Shown in pieces: positions 1-9,791 of a stretch of DNA of 64,000 nucleotides. The notes under the pieces were generated by a model. The model worked only from the letters and a program-made list of their open reading frames with translations, made no database searches and was not told the DNA's origin. Numbering within the stretch: position 1 is the stretch's first letter; every line of letters starts with the position of its first letter. A program made the position numbers and the translations under genes. Origin of the DNA: Verrucomicrobiota bacterium (lineage in GTDB: Bacteria > Verrucomicrobiota > Verrucomicrobiia > Limisphaerales > AAA164-E04). The DNA lies in NCBI GenBank assembly GCA_047947115.1, contig CP170459.1, forward strand, positions 5,888,001-5,952,000. The letters are read 5' to 3'.

Positions 1-170
1 ATCACAAACCTCAGATCTTTTTTCTCACGCTCCACGCCGATCAATTCCAGACGCTTGGCCGGAATCCAGGTATATTCACTCCCCGTATCCACCAAAGCTT
101 TGGTGATCCGAAGTCCCTTGCTCCGGTCAAGGTGATTTTCCACCCTACAGCCTGTATGAAAAGTTCCCAT
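1..170 (-). CDS. Retropepsin-like (clan AA) aspartyl protease family protein; runs off the left edge of the window
   Basis: Not in the ORF track. Manual translation from ATG at 170 gives MGTFHTGCRVENHLDRSKGLRITKALVDTGSEYTWIPAKRLELIG..., containing the clan AA motif LVDTGS. Confidence 0.8.
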   Translation of the reverse strand, partial: MGTFHTGCRVENHLDRSKGLRITKALVDTGSEYTWIPAKRLELIGVEREKKDLRFV

Positions 171-285
171 ATTGCAATCATACCCCTATTTTTTCAGAAC
201 CCAAGTATGTAATTTCTATACCCCACATTTTATTGATGAGAAAAATGTCGGCTTTTGGAACCTCGGTGACGACAATAGTAAAAAG

Positions 286-1215
286 ATGGAACAACCTTCC
301 AACATCGAGATACTCAAGCAATTCACGCTTTCGCAGGATGAACAGATCTTTGCTGCGATCGTCGAACGTTATGTTGATCTGGTATTTTCTGCTGCACTGC
401 GCCAATTGCACGACTGGCATTTGGCGGAAGAAGCAACCCAAAATGTGTTCCTGGATTTGCTGAAAGCAGCGCCCAAACTCCCTACTCAAACCATCTTGGG
501 AGCATGGCTCCACCTGGTGACGCGACGCCGGTGTGTGGACATGATCCGAGCCGAAAAGCGTCGCCGCAATCGGGAACGCATCGCTGCCGACATGCAGAAC
601 AATCAAACCGACCAGACATGCTGGAAGCAAATTGAGTATCATTTGGAAGAAGCGTTGGAATCGTTAAATAAAAAAGAATACAACGCAGTGATCCTCCGCT
701 TTTTTGAAGACAAGAACCACCGGGAAGTTGGGGAAACATTAGGCATATCGGAAGACGCGGCCCAGAAACGGATTCAACGAGCCGTCCAACATCTTTCTTC
801 CTTTCTTGGCAAGCGGGGTTTGGGAGTGGGAGTCACCACTCTGACATCATTGCTTCTCGCCAACACCATCCAAGCCGCGCCGTCCGGGCTTTCTCCATCC
901 ATTATAACTGCTGCAAACCTATTTGGAACGGGACTCGTGACAACGACAGCCGCTTCTGCAACACAAGCCATCACCATGACCACCTTACAAAAAGCCGTTG
1001 CCACCTCAGTTGTCACCATCAGCCTCGGTGTAGGAATCTATGCCAAACAAGAAGCGAGTCAATTGGAGGACGAAATCCGCCAACTCCAAACTACTCGTGC
1101 AGAAACCATGAAAGACCTGCAAGGGGCTTTGGCCGAAAAGACTTCCCTTCTCGAGGAAGCGCAAAACGAAATAGAACGCTTGAAGGATGCCACAGCGGAC
1201 ATCCACCGACTGCGT
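286..1215 (+). pseudogene. ECF sigma-70 factor with C-terminal extension, 3'-truncated by fusion to the antisense strand of the neighbouring gene (the frame stays open to 1575)
   Basis: Region 2 (FAAIVERYVDLVFSAA...AEEATQNVF...AWL) and region 4 (VILRFFEDKNHREVGETLGISEDAAQKRIQRA), then an Ala/Thr-rich hydrophobic stretch and a coiled coil. After IHRLR the ORF is just the reverse complement of an oxidoreductase. Confidence 0.75.
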
Positions 1216-1772
1216 TCCGATATCCGCCACGGCGCGCAAAGCTCCTCCTTTTTTGGGCAGCAAACGCCAGTTGTAATCGGTTGGTTTGAGCAGCCAATCC
1301 TGAAAATAGGATCCATTCACATGAATGATCTTCCCGAAGGCACCTTTGGCAATTTCGCTGCGAAGTTGAAGGACCGCTGGATAGAAACGCACATTGTAGT
1401 TCACGGCGAACACCTGTTTCTTGCGTCTTTTTGTTTCCTGGCAGATTTCCAGCGTTTCTTTGGCGGTCATGGCAAGCGGCTTTTCGCATATCACGTGTTT
1501 GCCTGCTTTCAACGCCGCCATCCCTGCGCATGGTGGTGTCGATTGGGAGAGGTGATATGCACCACGTCCACCTGATCAGATTGAATCAACTGCTCAACCT
1601 TATATCCGGAATATACCTGCGGAATACCAAACTGCTCCGCCAACGCTTCAGCCGATCTCGAACCACCGACGGCAAAGACCTGCACCCCCAAGCGACGCAA
1701 GGCCTCCATGTGCACCGGCCCGATGAACCCACCGCCAATGATGCCAGCTCTTATCTGATGCAATGCTTTCAT
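1211..1772 (-). pseudogene. Gfo/Idh/MocA oxidoreductase, frameshifted near 1522 and truncated near 1211
   Basis: ORF 1509..1772 carries GIIGGGFIGPVH and VDVVHITSPNRHH. ORF 1006..1521 continues AALKAGKHVICEKPLA...GGALRAVADIGT and then loses similarity. One base is missing at CAG GG ATG. Confidence 0.85.
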
Positions 1773-1781
1773 AAGAGTTCA

Positions 1782-1927
1782 GGTAGCGCGTGCCGTCCTC
1801 GGCGCGCCCCCCTTGTGGATTCCATACGTTCGTTTACTGCCCCGTTTTTGGGAAGCCCCAGGTGGTCGATCACCCCACATCTGCATAGCCATCGCTAGCA
1901 GGGCGGATCTAGCTGCCCCGATCCTCC
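1782..1927. repeat. Dispersed structured REPIN-like repeat, copy A
   Basis: Shares the blocks TGTGG.TTCC, GGGAAGCC and CACCCCACATC.GCATAGC.ATCGCTAGC with 9613-9774 and 44160-44317. Begins with GGTAG plus a hairpin. Confidence 0.8.
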
Positions 1928-1942
1928 CACTGCGCACCCCGT

Positions 1943-3280
1943 GGTGCAGGTTCAGAACATAGGTAACACAAAAGGTTCAAGACATAGGTAACACTTTCAT
2001 AGGACATCGGGCTAGAATTACGGCACCGATGCCTTGGAAAGAATGTCATAAAATGGACCAAAAAATGGAATTTGCACTTAAACCAATAGGCACTGAGAAC
2101 TTTGGTGAACTGTGCCGAGAATTTGGCATCAGTCGCAAGACTGGTTATAAGTGGAGAACTCGGTTTGTGAACCAGGGAAAAGAGGGATTGGTCGATCACT
2201 CTAAAAGACCCCGCTCCAATTGCTGCCAACTCAAGGAAGAGGTGGTTTGTGAACTGGTCTCCCTCAAGCAAGGACACTCCACCTGGGGCCCCGAAAAGAT
2301 CCGAGAACTTTACCGGCGGCGATACCCTCAGAAGGTTCCCTCACTGAGCAGCGTTAAGCGTATTCTGGAAAAAGCAGGAATGGTTAAAAAGCGTAAGACT
2401 CGGAGAGTGAAAACCACTGAACGCATTCATAGCCAGCGCATCGCCGAGAAGTCCAATGACATTTGGACGATCGATTTCAAAGGATGGTGGAGAGATCCGA
2501 CCGGTCGACGGTGTGAGCCTTTGACCCTGCGTGACGAATATTCGCGCTATGTTCTGTGTGTTGAACGAACAGTAGATGGTAGAAGCCAAACAGTCCAAAA
2601 AGCATTGGAAAGGGCCTTTGAACGCTATGGATTACCTTTGGCTATCCGCAGCGATAACGGATCACCATTTGCATGCACACGCGCACTGATGGGATTGAGC
2701 AGGCTGTCGGTCTGGTGGTTGGCTCTTGGGATAGAATTGGAACGCAGTCGTCCAGGATGTCCCCAAGATAACGGAGCCCATGAGAGGATGCATCGAGATA
2801 TTGAGCGTGAACTTGCAGGTTTGGAATCAGATCAAAAGTCCTTTGATGTATGGCGCCAAACATTCAACGAGCAAAGGCCCCATCAAGCTCTAGGCAATCG
2901 GACACCCTCCGAAGTCTACCAAGAGTCAGAACGTCAGTATACGGGATCTCCAGATGATCTGGAATATGTCTCAATGGAGAGCAGGAAGGTTCAAAAAGCA
3001 GGCTCCTTTCGGTTGCGTAATCACCACGTATTCCTTTCATCGGCTCTCTCTGGATGGTCAGTAGGCCTTAAGTCAGAGGAACCAGGCTGGCAGAACGTTT
3101 ATTTTGCAAACCTCAATCTGGGACGGGTTGAAACCGAGACGGGGCTTTTTGTTCCGTACGGAACAAAAAGCCCCTAGCCCCAGCATTATCGAAAACCACA
3201 AAAAGAAAACATGTAACCCCAACCCGAATTGTGTTACCCATATTCTGAACCTAAAGTGTTACCTATGTCTTGAACTCACC
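1943..3280 (+). mobile_element. IS481-family insertion sequence
   Basis: Two copies of GTTCA(GA/AG)ACATAGGTAACAC at the left end (about 1950-1994) and two inverted copies at the right end (3231-3250, 3256-3275) flank one transposase. The direct repeat CACCCCGT lies at 1935-1942 and 3277-3284. Confidence 0.9.
2029..3177 (+). CDS. IS481-family DDE transposase
   Basis: MPWKE start, HTH (LCREFGISRKTGYKW), rve core WTIDFKG...IRSDNGSPF...PQDNGAHERMHR. Confidence 0.95.
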   Translation: MPWKECHKMDQKMEFALKPIGTENFGELCREFGISRKTGYKWRTRFVNQGKEGLVDHSKRPRSNCCQLKEEVVCELVSLKQGHSTWGPEKIRELYRRRYPQKVPSLSSVKRILEKAGMVKKRKTRRVKTTERIHSQRIAEKSNDIWTIDFKGWWRDPTGRRCEPLTLRDEYSRYVLCVERTVDGRSQTVQKALERAFERYGLPLAIRSDNGSPFACTRALMGLSRLSVWWLALGIELERSRPGCPQDNGAHERMHRDIERELAGLESDQKSFDVWRQTFNEQRPHQALGNRTPSEVYQESERQYTGSPDDLEYVSMESRKVQKAGSFRLRNHHVFLSSALSGWSVGLKSEEPGWQNVYFANLNLGRVETETGLFVPYGTKSP

Positions 3281-3292
3281 CCGTCACAAACA

Positions 3293-3327
3293 ATTCACCA
3301 TTCTAAATTCACTATTCACCATTCTAA
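3293..3327. repeat. Five tandem heptamers ATTC(ACC/TAA/ACT)
   Basis: attcacc-attctaa-attcact-attcacc-attctaa, read directly. Confidence 0.85.
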
Positions 3328-4352
3328 AACCCTTGTCCTTTGGACAAAGTTTGAATGCGGCAGAGATACATGTCGCTGGTCAGGTAAAGCACTGAGCCAT
3401 CGTTTCCAAAACCACAATTTGCCGTAGCTGGACCGGGACGGATCGTTCCCAGATGTTCGCCTTTGGGCGTGAACACCAACACACCCCCGGGACCAGTCGC
3501 CCAGACCGTGCCATGCACATCCACTTTCAAGCCGTCCGGCAATCCGGGGTTGGCTTCACCCACCATGCTGGTAGCATCAAAAAATCCACGTTCGTTGGCC
3601 ACGGTTCCATCCGGCAGCACATCAAAAGCCACCCAATAAGCCTCACCTGGATCAGAATTCGCAACGTAAAGTGTTTTGCCATCAGGAGAGAGACCAATGC
3701 CGTTTGGACGTGTCATTTTGTCGGTCAGCAATACCAGGTCTCCGTTCTTGCGCAGAAGATAGACGCCCTGAAACAGAAGCTCCTTGGACGGATCGTTCAT
3801 GTTCTTTTCCAATCCGTAAGGAGGATCGGTGAAATAGAGATTACCTTTGGCATCATACACGAGATCGTTCGGACTGTTAAATTTCCGGTGTTTATAGTAG
3901 CGAACAACGGATTCGATATCTCCTTTGGAATTCAATCGACCGATCTGACGATCCCCGTGCATCGCAAGCACCAGACGACCAGATGCATCGAAGGTAAGCC
4001 CATTCGATCCCATCTCACCAAGTCTCGGGTTGTCACCTGTATAACCACTGGGTTTTAAAAACTCGGAAAGGCCTTCTCCTTCCTTCCACTGGTTCACCAC
4101 ATTATTTGGGATGTCGGAAAAAAGAATGGCCTGATTTTTACGGTGCCATACAGGACCCTCGGCCCATTCGAACCCTTCGGCAAGCAGTTCGATGGAGGCA
4201 TCTGCCGCCAACACCTGATTGATGCGTTCATCAAGGCGGTCTACCGTGCCAATAACAACGGGAGCGCTCGAGGTTTCTGCCGATGCCTCCTGTGACCATG
4301 CGGACGAAAGACTCAGCCCTCCGACCAACATGCATGCAAAAGTATGCTTCAT
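3324..4352 (-). CDS. SMP-30/gluconolactonase/LRE family protein, secreted
   Basis: Signal peptide MKHTFACMLVGGLSLSSAWS; motifs WAEGPVW, GSNGL, FNSPNDL, RPNGIGLSPD, PDGLKVD. Confidence 0.92.
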   Translation of the reverse strand: MKHTFACMLVGGLSLSSAWSQEASAETSSAPVVIGTVDRLDERINQVLAADASIELLAEGFEWAEGPVWHRKNQAILFSDIPNNVVNQWKEGEGLSEFLKPSGYTGDNPRLGEMGSNGLTFDASGRLVLAMHGDRQIGRLNSKGDIESVVRYYKHRKFNSPNDLVYDAKGNLYFTDPPYGLEKNMNDPSKELLFQGVYLLRKNGDLVLLTDKMTRPNGIGLSPDGKTLYVANSDPGEAYWVAFDVLPDGTVANERGFFDATSMVGEANPGLPDGLKVDVHGTVWATGPGGVLVFTPKGEHLGTIRPGPATANCGFGNDGSVLYLTSDMYLCRIQTLSKGQGF

Positions 4353-4520
4353 GATTCTTTCCTTCATAAAAAAATGGATGTGGGTGAAGGGTGAATAGGG
4401 CTGGATCATTGGTCAAGTCTATTTAAAACACCTAAGGTATTGATCCACGGGCAAAACTGCCTCTAAAATCACCTCTCTATATCAGGAGGACATTGCAGAT
4501 TGAGCTACTGTTGAATCATC

Positions 4521-5033
4521 ATGCCAAAAATCAAACACAACGATCACCCGCTGGTTGTCGCCAAAAAATCCAAAATCCACGGATATGGATGCTACGCCCG
4601 CACAGACATCAAAAAGGGTAAAAGGGTCATGGAGTACGTTGGGCCTTTGATCACTAAGAAAGAAGCCGCCAAGGCATTGGATGCGCAGAACGAATACATC
4701 TTCACCTTGAATGACAAGTTCGACATCGACGGGAGTGTTGATTACAACATTGCGCGGTATATCAATCATAGCTGTGATCCCAACTGCGAGAGCGATATCA
4801 AGAATGACCGGGTCTGGCTTTACACAATACGCGACGTGAAGGAGGGTGAGGAGCTGACCTACAACTACGGTTACGACCTCGAGGACTTTGAATATCGCAC
4901 TTGCAAATGCGGCACCACAAATTGTGTCGGCTACATGGTCGCCGAGGATGATTTCGACAAAGTGAGAGCCATGACTGAGCTGGCGGAAAAGAAGAAAAAG
5001 ACGAAGTCCAAAAAAAAGAAATCCAAGAAATGA
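4521..5033 (+). CDS. SET-domain protein-lysine methyltransferase with post-SET cysteines and a Lys-rich tail
   Basis: SKIHGYGCYA, ARYINHSCDPNC, GEELTYNYG, post-SET CKCGTTNCVGYM. Confidence 0.93.
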   Translation: MPKIKHNDHPLVVAKKSKIHGYGCYARTDIKKGKRVMEYVGPLITKKEAAKALDAQNEYIFTLNDKFDIDGSVDYNIARYINHSCDPNCESDIKNDRVWLYTIRDVKEGEELTYNYGYDLEDFEYRTCKCGTTNCVGYMVAEDDFDKVRAMTELAEKKKKTKSKKKKSKK

Positions 5034-5677
5034 AGCGACCCGATTGCATAGTGATTGCCACCGGCAATGAGCACAAAGTCCAGGAAATATCAGACATCCT
5101 GGGCGGGACCATTCGCTGCATTTCGATGAAATCTCTGGATGGATTCCCAGAGTTGATCGAGGACGGTGATACTTTCGAAGCTAATGCGTTGGCCAAAGCT
5201 TCTCAATTAGCCACATGGTTACAGGACTCGATGGCAGTTTCCGGTCATTGGATGACACTGGCGGATGATTCCGGCCTCGAAGTGGATGCGCTGAACGGAG
5301 AACCCGGAGTTTATTCTGCCCGGTTTGCAGCCGATGAAACCGTGCAAAGGGGCAACGCCGACGATGCGGCAAACAATGCAAAGCTGCTGAGACTGCTCAA
5401 AGATGTCCCTGACCAGGAGCGAACCGGCCGGTTTCGCTGCGTGCTGACGCTGTTTCAACCTCAGGCGTCCTCCACCCCGGCCCAACATTGGGTTTTCGAA
5501 GGAGCCTGCGAAGGCGTGCTGCAACACCAAGGCAGTGGAGACCAAGGATTCGGCTACGACCCTCTTTTCAAACCACTCGGTTTTGAGCAAACATTTGCCG
5601 AACTTGGCTCGAAAGTCAAAAACACCATCAGTCACCGCAGCCAAGCCCTGGCAAAACTTAAGGCTTTTCTCGATTGA
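5030..5677 (+). CDS. rdgB: Non-canonical purine NTP pyrophosphatase (RdgB/HAM1)
   Basis: ATGNEHKVQEI, ADDSGLEVDALNGEPGVYSARFA, GFGYDPLF, KNTISHR. ATGA overlap with the SET gene. Confidence 0.95.
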   Translation: MKRPDCIVIATGNEHKVQEISDILGGTIRCISMKSLDGFPELIEDGDTFEANALAKASQLATWLQDSMAVSGHWMTLADDSGLEVDALNGEPGVYSARFAADETVQRGNADDAANNAKLLRLLKDVPDQERTGRFRCVLTLFQPQASSTPAQHWVFEGACEGVLQHQGSGDQGFGYDPLFKPLGFEQTFAELGSKVKNTISHRSQALAKLKAFLD

Positions 5678-5699
5678 TAATCTCACGCTCTAATTGGGC

Positions 5700-8423
5700 A
5701 TGCAGATTTCCGATTTACTGAAGGCATCCCTGTTGATCAACATGCTGACGGCGTCCATGAGCCTGGCTCAAACGCATTCCTCCGCTTCATTGGACGCTGC
5801 ATCGGATTACCTGGAACCTTCCTCCTTGTGGATGGGATCCACTGTCGATGCCCGATCCGTTCAGAAATTCGCCCTTTCAGACAACCTCGCCATTCGCGGC
5901 TTGGTCTTTCGGCTGGGACCGGGCGCCTACGGATGTTTCGATACGGACCTGCTGCGTTGGAGCATGGTTTGGCACGGAGATTTCCTAAGCTACCGCAGCA
6001 TGGCGACGCAGTCCTACTTCAAGATGGGACAAAAAAACGCCGGCGGCCAAACCGCTCTGTGCGCCCCGACCGGCATCCCGCTGACGTCAACTGGACTCTA
6101 CCCTGGAGCATCCGTTGGTGAAGCCGAATACCCATTGAAGGATCCACGGAACCCTGGGCCTGAGATCAGGGACCTTGGACGAGGCCCTCTGGATCTCGAG
6201 ATGGGGGAATGGATCGGCGTGCGTGATGACGGATCCGTCGCAACACTCTCATACAAAATCGGCGGTATCGACATAAAAGAACGCTCCATGATGCAAGTGG
6301 AAGGTGGCCAAGCAAGCTGGATGCGTTTTCTTGAAATCGGCCCACATGACAAGCCACTGCAAATGGTCCTGGGCAGCTTCCCGGATCATCGCATTCAACT
6401 GAAAAAATCAGATCAATCAGGATTAGCCATCCCGGAAGATTCAACCAGGGAAAGCGTCAGGTTCTGGGCACGTTCTGAAGGATCACAGGTTGGTTACGCA
6501 TCGATGGGACAAGACAACGTGGTGACCGTTTTCCTTTCACCAAGCCAACACACATCCCGGGCACGCATTTTCGTCGGACACTCCACCCCGCTCTCACACT
6601 CAGTCAAAGGGGCATGGAGTGATTATCCCCGAACATCATCAGGCACTCTGCGTTGGCCTGAAACAGTGGTCACGCAGTGGGAGGCGCATTCGGAACAAGG
6701 CTGCCTGATTCAAGAGAGGCTCGCCCTGCCGGAACCCAACACCTGGAATCGTCAAGTGCGCTCATCAGCCATGGTTTTCGATACCGACGGATCCATGCTG
6801 ATAACCACCTTTGACGGCGACATCTGGCAGGGACGCCCACTTGACGCATCCCAGCAATCCATCGAGTGGAAACGTGTGGCGGCCGGATTGCACGAACCGA
6901 TGAGCATTCAATTGCGCAACGGAGAACCCTACGTTTTCACGCGCAATGGAATCGTCCTGCTCAAAGATCGCGATGGAAACGGCGAATACGAAGAGCACAT
7001 CAACTTCTGCAACCGCTTCACTCAATCAGCCGAAACGCGCGAGTTCGCGATGGATATGATCCTTGCCAACGACGGAAGTTTCTACATCGCCAAAGGAGGG
7101 CAACAATTAGCCTACCAGGGAATCGACAACGGAAGTGTCCTGCGCATTTCGCCCGATGGCAAAAAAGTGGAGGCAGTAGCCCGCGGGCTCCGGCAACCCT
7201 TTCTTGGATACTCCAGCAAATGGGACATCATCACCGCCAGCGATCAACAGGGGCATTGGGTACCCAGCACACCTGTGCATTGGATTCGTGATGGGCGCCA
7301 CTACGGGTTTCGCCCCAGCAGCGAAGTAGTGCCACCTGATAGAGAAACCACTGAACCGCTGGCCTGGATCCCTCATCGGGTCGTACAAAGCGGCGCCGGT
7401 CAGATCTGGTTGGGAGACCAGGGCATGGGAGTCTTGAACAATACCATGGTTTACCTTGACCATTACCGCCCCAGGCTGGTGACGGTCTTCCCGGATCAAC
7501 TTCCCTCCCCCACACAGGCGGCCGTTGTCCCTCTGCCGGTAAAGTTTGACCTCCCCATGCTAAAGGCCGCCCAACACCCAAAGAACCACTGGCTGCATTT
7601 GGTCGGTTTCAAAATCTGGGGTTCGAATGCGTCTGAATGGGCCGGCATTGTTCGCTTGCGTCCATCAGGGCAGCCGGCCACCTATCCGGTGGAAGTCAAA
7701 GGATTCAAGGAAGGCGTGCTGCTGAAATTCGCCCAGCCACTTGATGCGGAATCCGCCGCCAATCCCGCTCACTATAGCCTGCAGCGATGGAACTACAAAC
7801 GCGCCTCGAGTTACGGGTCAGGTTACTACACCCGGGAAGGCGACACAGGAACCGAATGGGTGGGACTCTACGGGGCGTTTCTCAGCAACGACCGGCAAAG
7901 TGTCTTTCTCGCCACCGCCGATCCACAACCCATCATGCAGATGGAAGTGGTCTTCCGTATTCAAGCACAAGACCAGACCCCGATGGAAGGCTCCGCTTAT
8001 TTCACCTTTCATCAACTGCCGGAAACGGAATGGGACACGCTTGACATTCCACGTCCGACCCTGGATCTGGAGCGAGCGGTACTGACCGGACCACTGGATC
8101 AGGAAAACGACAATGAAGTATCCGCCCAACGTGGGCGCACGCTTTACGAAACCATGGGCTGTATGGCTTGTCACTCGACCGATGGTAGCACCGAAGGGAG
8201 AGTCGGCCCCAGTTTTGCCGGTTTGCTGGGCAAAACACGTTCGTTCGCCAAAGGTCGGGACTTGGTTGCGGACGAAGCCTATATCCGGGAATCGATACTG
8301 ACTCCCCCAAAGCGGGTCGTCAAAGAATACGCCGAATCCGATATAGGCATGCCCACTTATGAAGGCGTTTTGACAGAGGCACAAATCAATTCCCTGATCG
8401 AATTTATCAAGGCACTGGAATAA
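5700..8423 (+). CDS. Large secreted protein with a beta-propeller (sorbosone-dehydrogenase-like) region and a C-terminal c-type cytochrome (PVC-type)
   Basis: Signal peptide; propeller repeats (WKRVAAGLHEP, VARGLRQP); heme motif CMACH followed by GPSFAGL...YIRESILTP...MP. Confidence 0.75.
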   Translation: MQISDLLKASLLINMLTASMSLAQTHSSASLDAASDYLEPSSLWMGSTVDARSVQKFALSDNLAIRGLVFRLGPGAYGCFDTDLLRWSMVWHGDFLSYRSMATQSYFKMGQKNAGGQTALCAPTGIPLTSTGLYPGASVGEAEYPLKDPRNPGPEIRDLGRGPLDLEMGEWIGVRDDGSVATLSYKIGGIDIKERSMMQVEGGQASWMRFLEIGPHDKPLQMVLGSFPDHRIQLKKSDQSGLAIPEDSTRESVRFWARSEGSQVGYASMGQDNVVTVFLSPSQHTSRARIFVGHSTPLSHSVKGAWSDYPRTSSGTLRWPETVVTQWEAHSEQGCLIQERLALPEPNTWNRQVRSSAMVFDTDGSMLITTFDGDIWQGRPLDASQQSIEWKRVAAGLHEPMSIQLRNGEPYVFTRNGIVLLKDRDGNGEYEEHINFCNRFTQSAETREFAMDMILANDGSFYIAKGGQQLAYQGIDNGSVLRISPDGKKVEAVARGLRQPFLGYSSKWDIITASDQQGHWVPSTPVHWIRDGRHYGFRPSSEVVPPDRETTEPLAWIPHRVVQSGAGQIWLGDQGMGVLNNTMVYLDHYRPRLVTVFPDQLPSPTQAAVVPLPVKFDLPMLKAAQHPKNHWLHLVGFKIWGSNASEWAGIVRLRPSGQPATYPVEVKGFKEGVLLKFAQPLDAESAANPAHYSLQRWNYKRASSYGSGYYTREGDTGTEWVGLYGAFLSNDRQSVFLATADPQPIMQMEVVFRIQAQDQTPMEGSAYFTFHQLPETEWDTLDIPRPTLDLERAVLTGPLDQENDNEVSAQRGRTLYETMGCMACHSTDGSTEGRVGPSFAGLLGKTRSFAKGRDLVADEAYIRESILTPPKRVVKEYAESDIGMPTYEGVLTEAQINSLIEFIKALE

Positions 8424-8475
8424 TTCGTTGAATTGCCGCGCAAATGCGATTTAATGTAGGCAACATAAAGCATAA

Positions 8476-8979
8476 ATGACACTGGACGACGCACAAAAAG
8501 AAACGGTGAGGCAATGGATTGGCGATGGCATGAAAGTCGCCGAAATTCAGGACAAATTGGCGGAAGATTTTGATATCAGGATGACCTACATGGAGGTTCG
8601 ATTCCTGGTGGATGATCTGGGTGTCATCCCCAAAGATCCTGAGCCGGAAGAAGGCCCTGAGGAGGAACCCGCCCCCGAGGATACCGTCTCAACTCATTCT
8701 CCTCAACATGACCAACAGCAGGACATGGGAGAATTGGTGGAGGATGGGGCCCCCGCTCCAGGAGGTAAGGTCAGCATCAGTATCGACCAGATCGCACGCC
8801 CGGGCATGCTTGTAAGTGGGAAAGTAACTTTCAGTGACAGCCAGTCTGCGTCATGGTACCTGGACCAGATGGGACAACTGGGACTGGCTCCCGAGGTCGA
8901 AGGATACAAGCCCTCGCAACAAGACCTCATGGAATTCCAAATGGCGCTTCAGTCCGAGCTCTCCCGCAAGGGATTCTAG
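8476..8979 (+). CDS. Hypothetical protein (HTH-like N-terminus, acidic linker, small beta domain)
   Basis: 167-aa ORF with protein-like composition, filling the gap between two genes. Confidence 0.75.
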   Translation: MTLDDAQKETVRQWIGDGMKVAEIQDKLAEDFDIRMTYMEVRFLVDDLGVIPKDPEPEEGPEEEPAPEDTVSTHSPQHDQQQDMGELVEDGAPAPGGKVSISIDQIARPGMLVSGKVTFSDSQSASWYLDQMGQLGLAPEVEGYKPSQQDLMEFQMALQSELSRKGF

Positions 8980-9124
8980 ACCAACCGACTCATTGAGTCA
9001 GAAATGATGCACCGCAACTTTTGCCCCCCCGAAGGGTTGAAAAGCGAAGAAACATGTGAAAAACATGGTCATGATCGATTGATCATTGAATTTGAAACCG
9101 TAATCACTCAAAGTTAACTCCGTT

Positions 9125-9517
9125 ATGCAATTGAAGAAATTTCGAAGCCGCGCGGCCTTTACCCTGGTCGAAATCATGATTGTGGTGGCCATCATTGGAC
9201 TGCTGGCCGCCATCGCCGTTCCCAACTTGCTTCGCGCCCGTGAAAAAACACAGCTAAGCTTGATTCAGAACAACTTGCGCCTCATAGACAACGCCAAGCA
9301 ATCCTGGGCCTTGGAGAACAACCAGCCCAGTTCAGCCTCACCGACCTCGGAACAATTGGCTCCCTATTTCAATAAGGGCAAATTTCCCGGAGGATCAGTA
9401 GGAGAAACCTACAACATCGGAAAAGTCAATGAATCCGCCACCGCCAGTTTGCCGGCAGGGGAAACTTTAACCGGCCTCACAGGCCCCTTCGACTCAGAGG
9501 GCGAAGTAGCTCCATAG
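9125..9517 (+). CDS. Type IV pilin / pseudopilin with N-terminal methylation motif
   Basis: Basic leader, then A|FTLVEIMIVVAIIGLLAAIAVP (F1, E5). Confidence 0.92.
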   Translation: MQLKKFRSRAAFTLVEIMIVVAIIGLLAAIAVPNLLRAREKTQLSLIQNNLRLIDNAKQSWALENNQPSSASPTSEQLAPYFNKGKFPGGSVGETYNIGKVNESATASLPAGETLTGLTGPFDSEGEVAP

Positions 9518-9540
9518 CGAAGATAACCACAAATCTTTAA

Positions 9541-9584
9541 AACAAAAAATCCCGCCCAGCGGATGCTGGGCGGGATTTTTTGTT
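9541..9584. terminator. Bidirectional intrinsic terminator after the pilin gene
   Basis: Perfect 20-bp inverted repeat AACAAAAAATCCCGCCCAGC-ggat-GCTGGGCGGGATTTTTTGTT. Confidence 0.9.
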
Positions 9585-9612
9585 GTCGAAATTTCGGATA
9601 ACTCATCCTCCA

Positions 9613-9774
9613 GATAGAACGTGCCTGTCTGTCCCGCGACTGCGTGGATCCCTGGCGCCTGCCCTGTGGCTTCCAATTCCTTTATCACCTCACAAAGGGG
9701 AAGCCAACCGCATCCGAACACCCCACATCCGCATAGCTATCGCTAGCGGGTGGACCGGGACGGTCCGATCTACC
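9613..9774. repeat. Dispersed structured REPIN-like repeat, copy B
   Basis: Same scaffold as copies A and C. Ends GGACCGGGACGGTCCGATCTACC (GGTAG plus hairpin on the minus strand). Confidence 0.85.
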
Positions 9775-9791
9775 AGCCCCCATTCCCACTT

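Noticed and set aside
1216..1575. C-terminal 120 aa of the 467-aa ORF as a real sigma-factor domain
   Set aside because: It is the codon-aligned reverse complement of the oxidoreductase fragment, not an independent domain.
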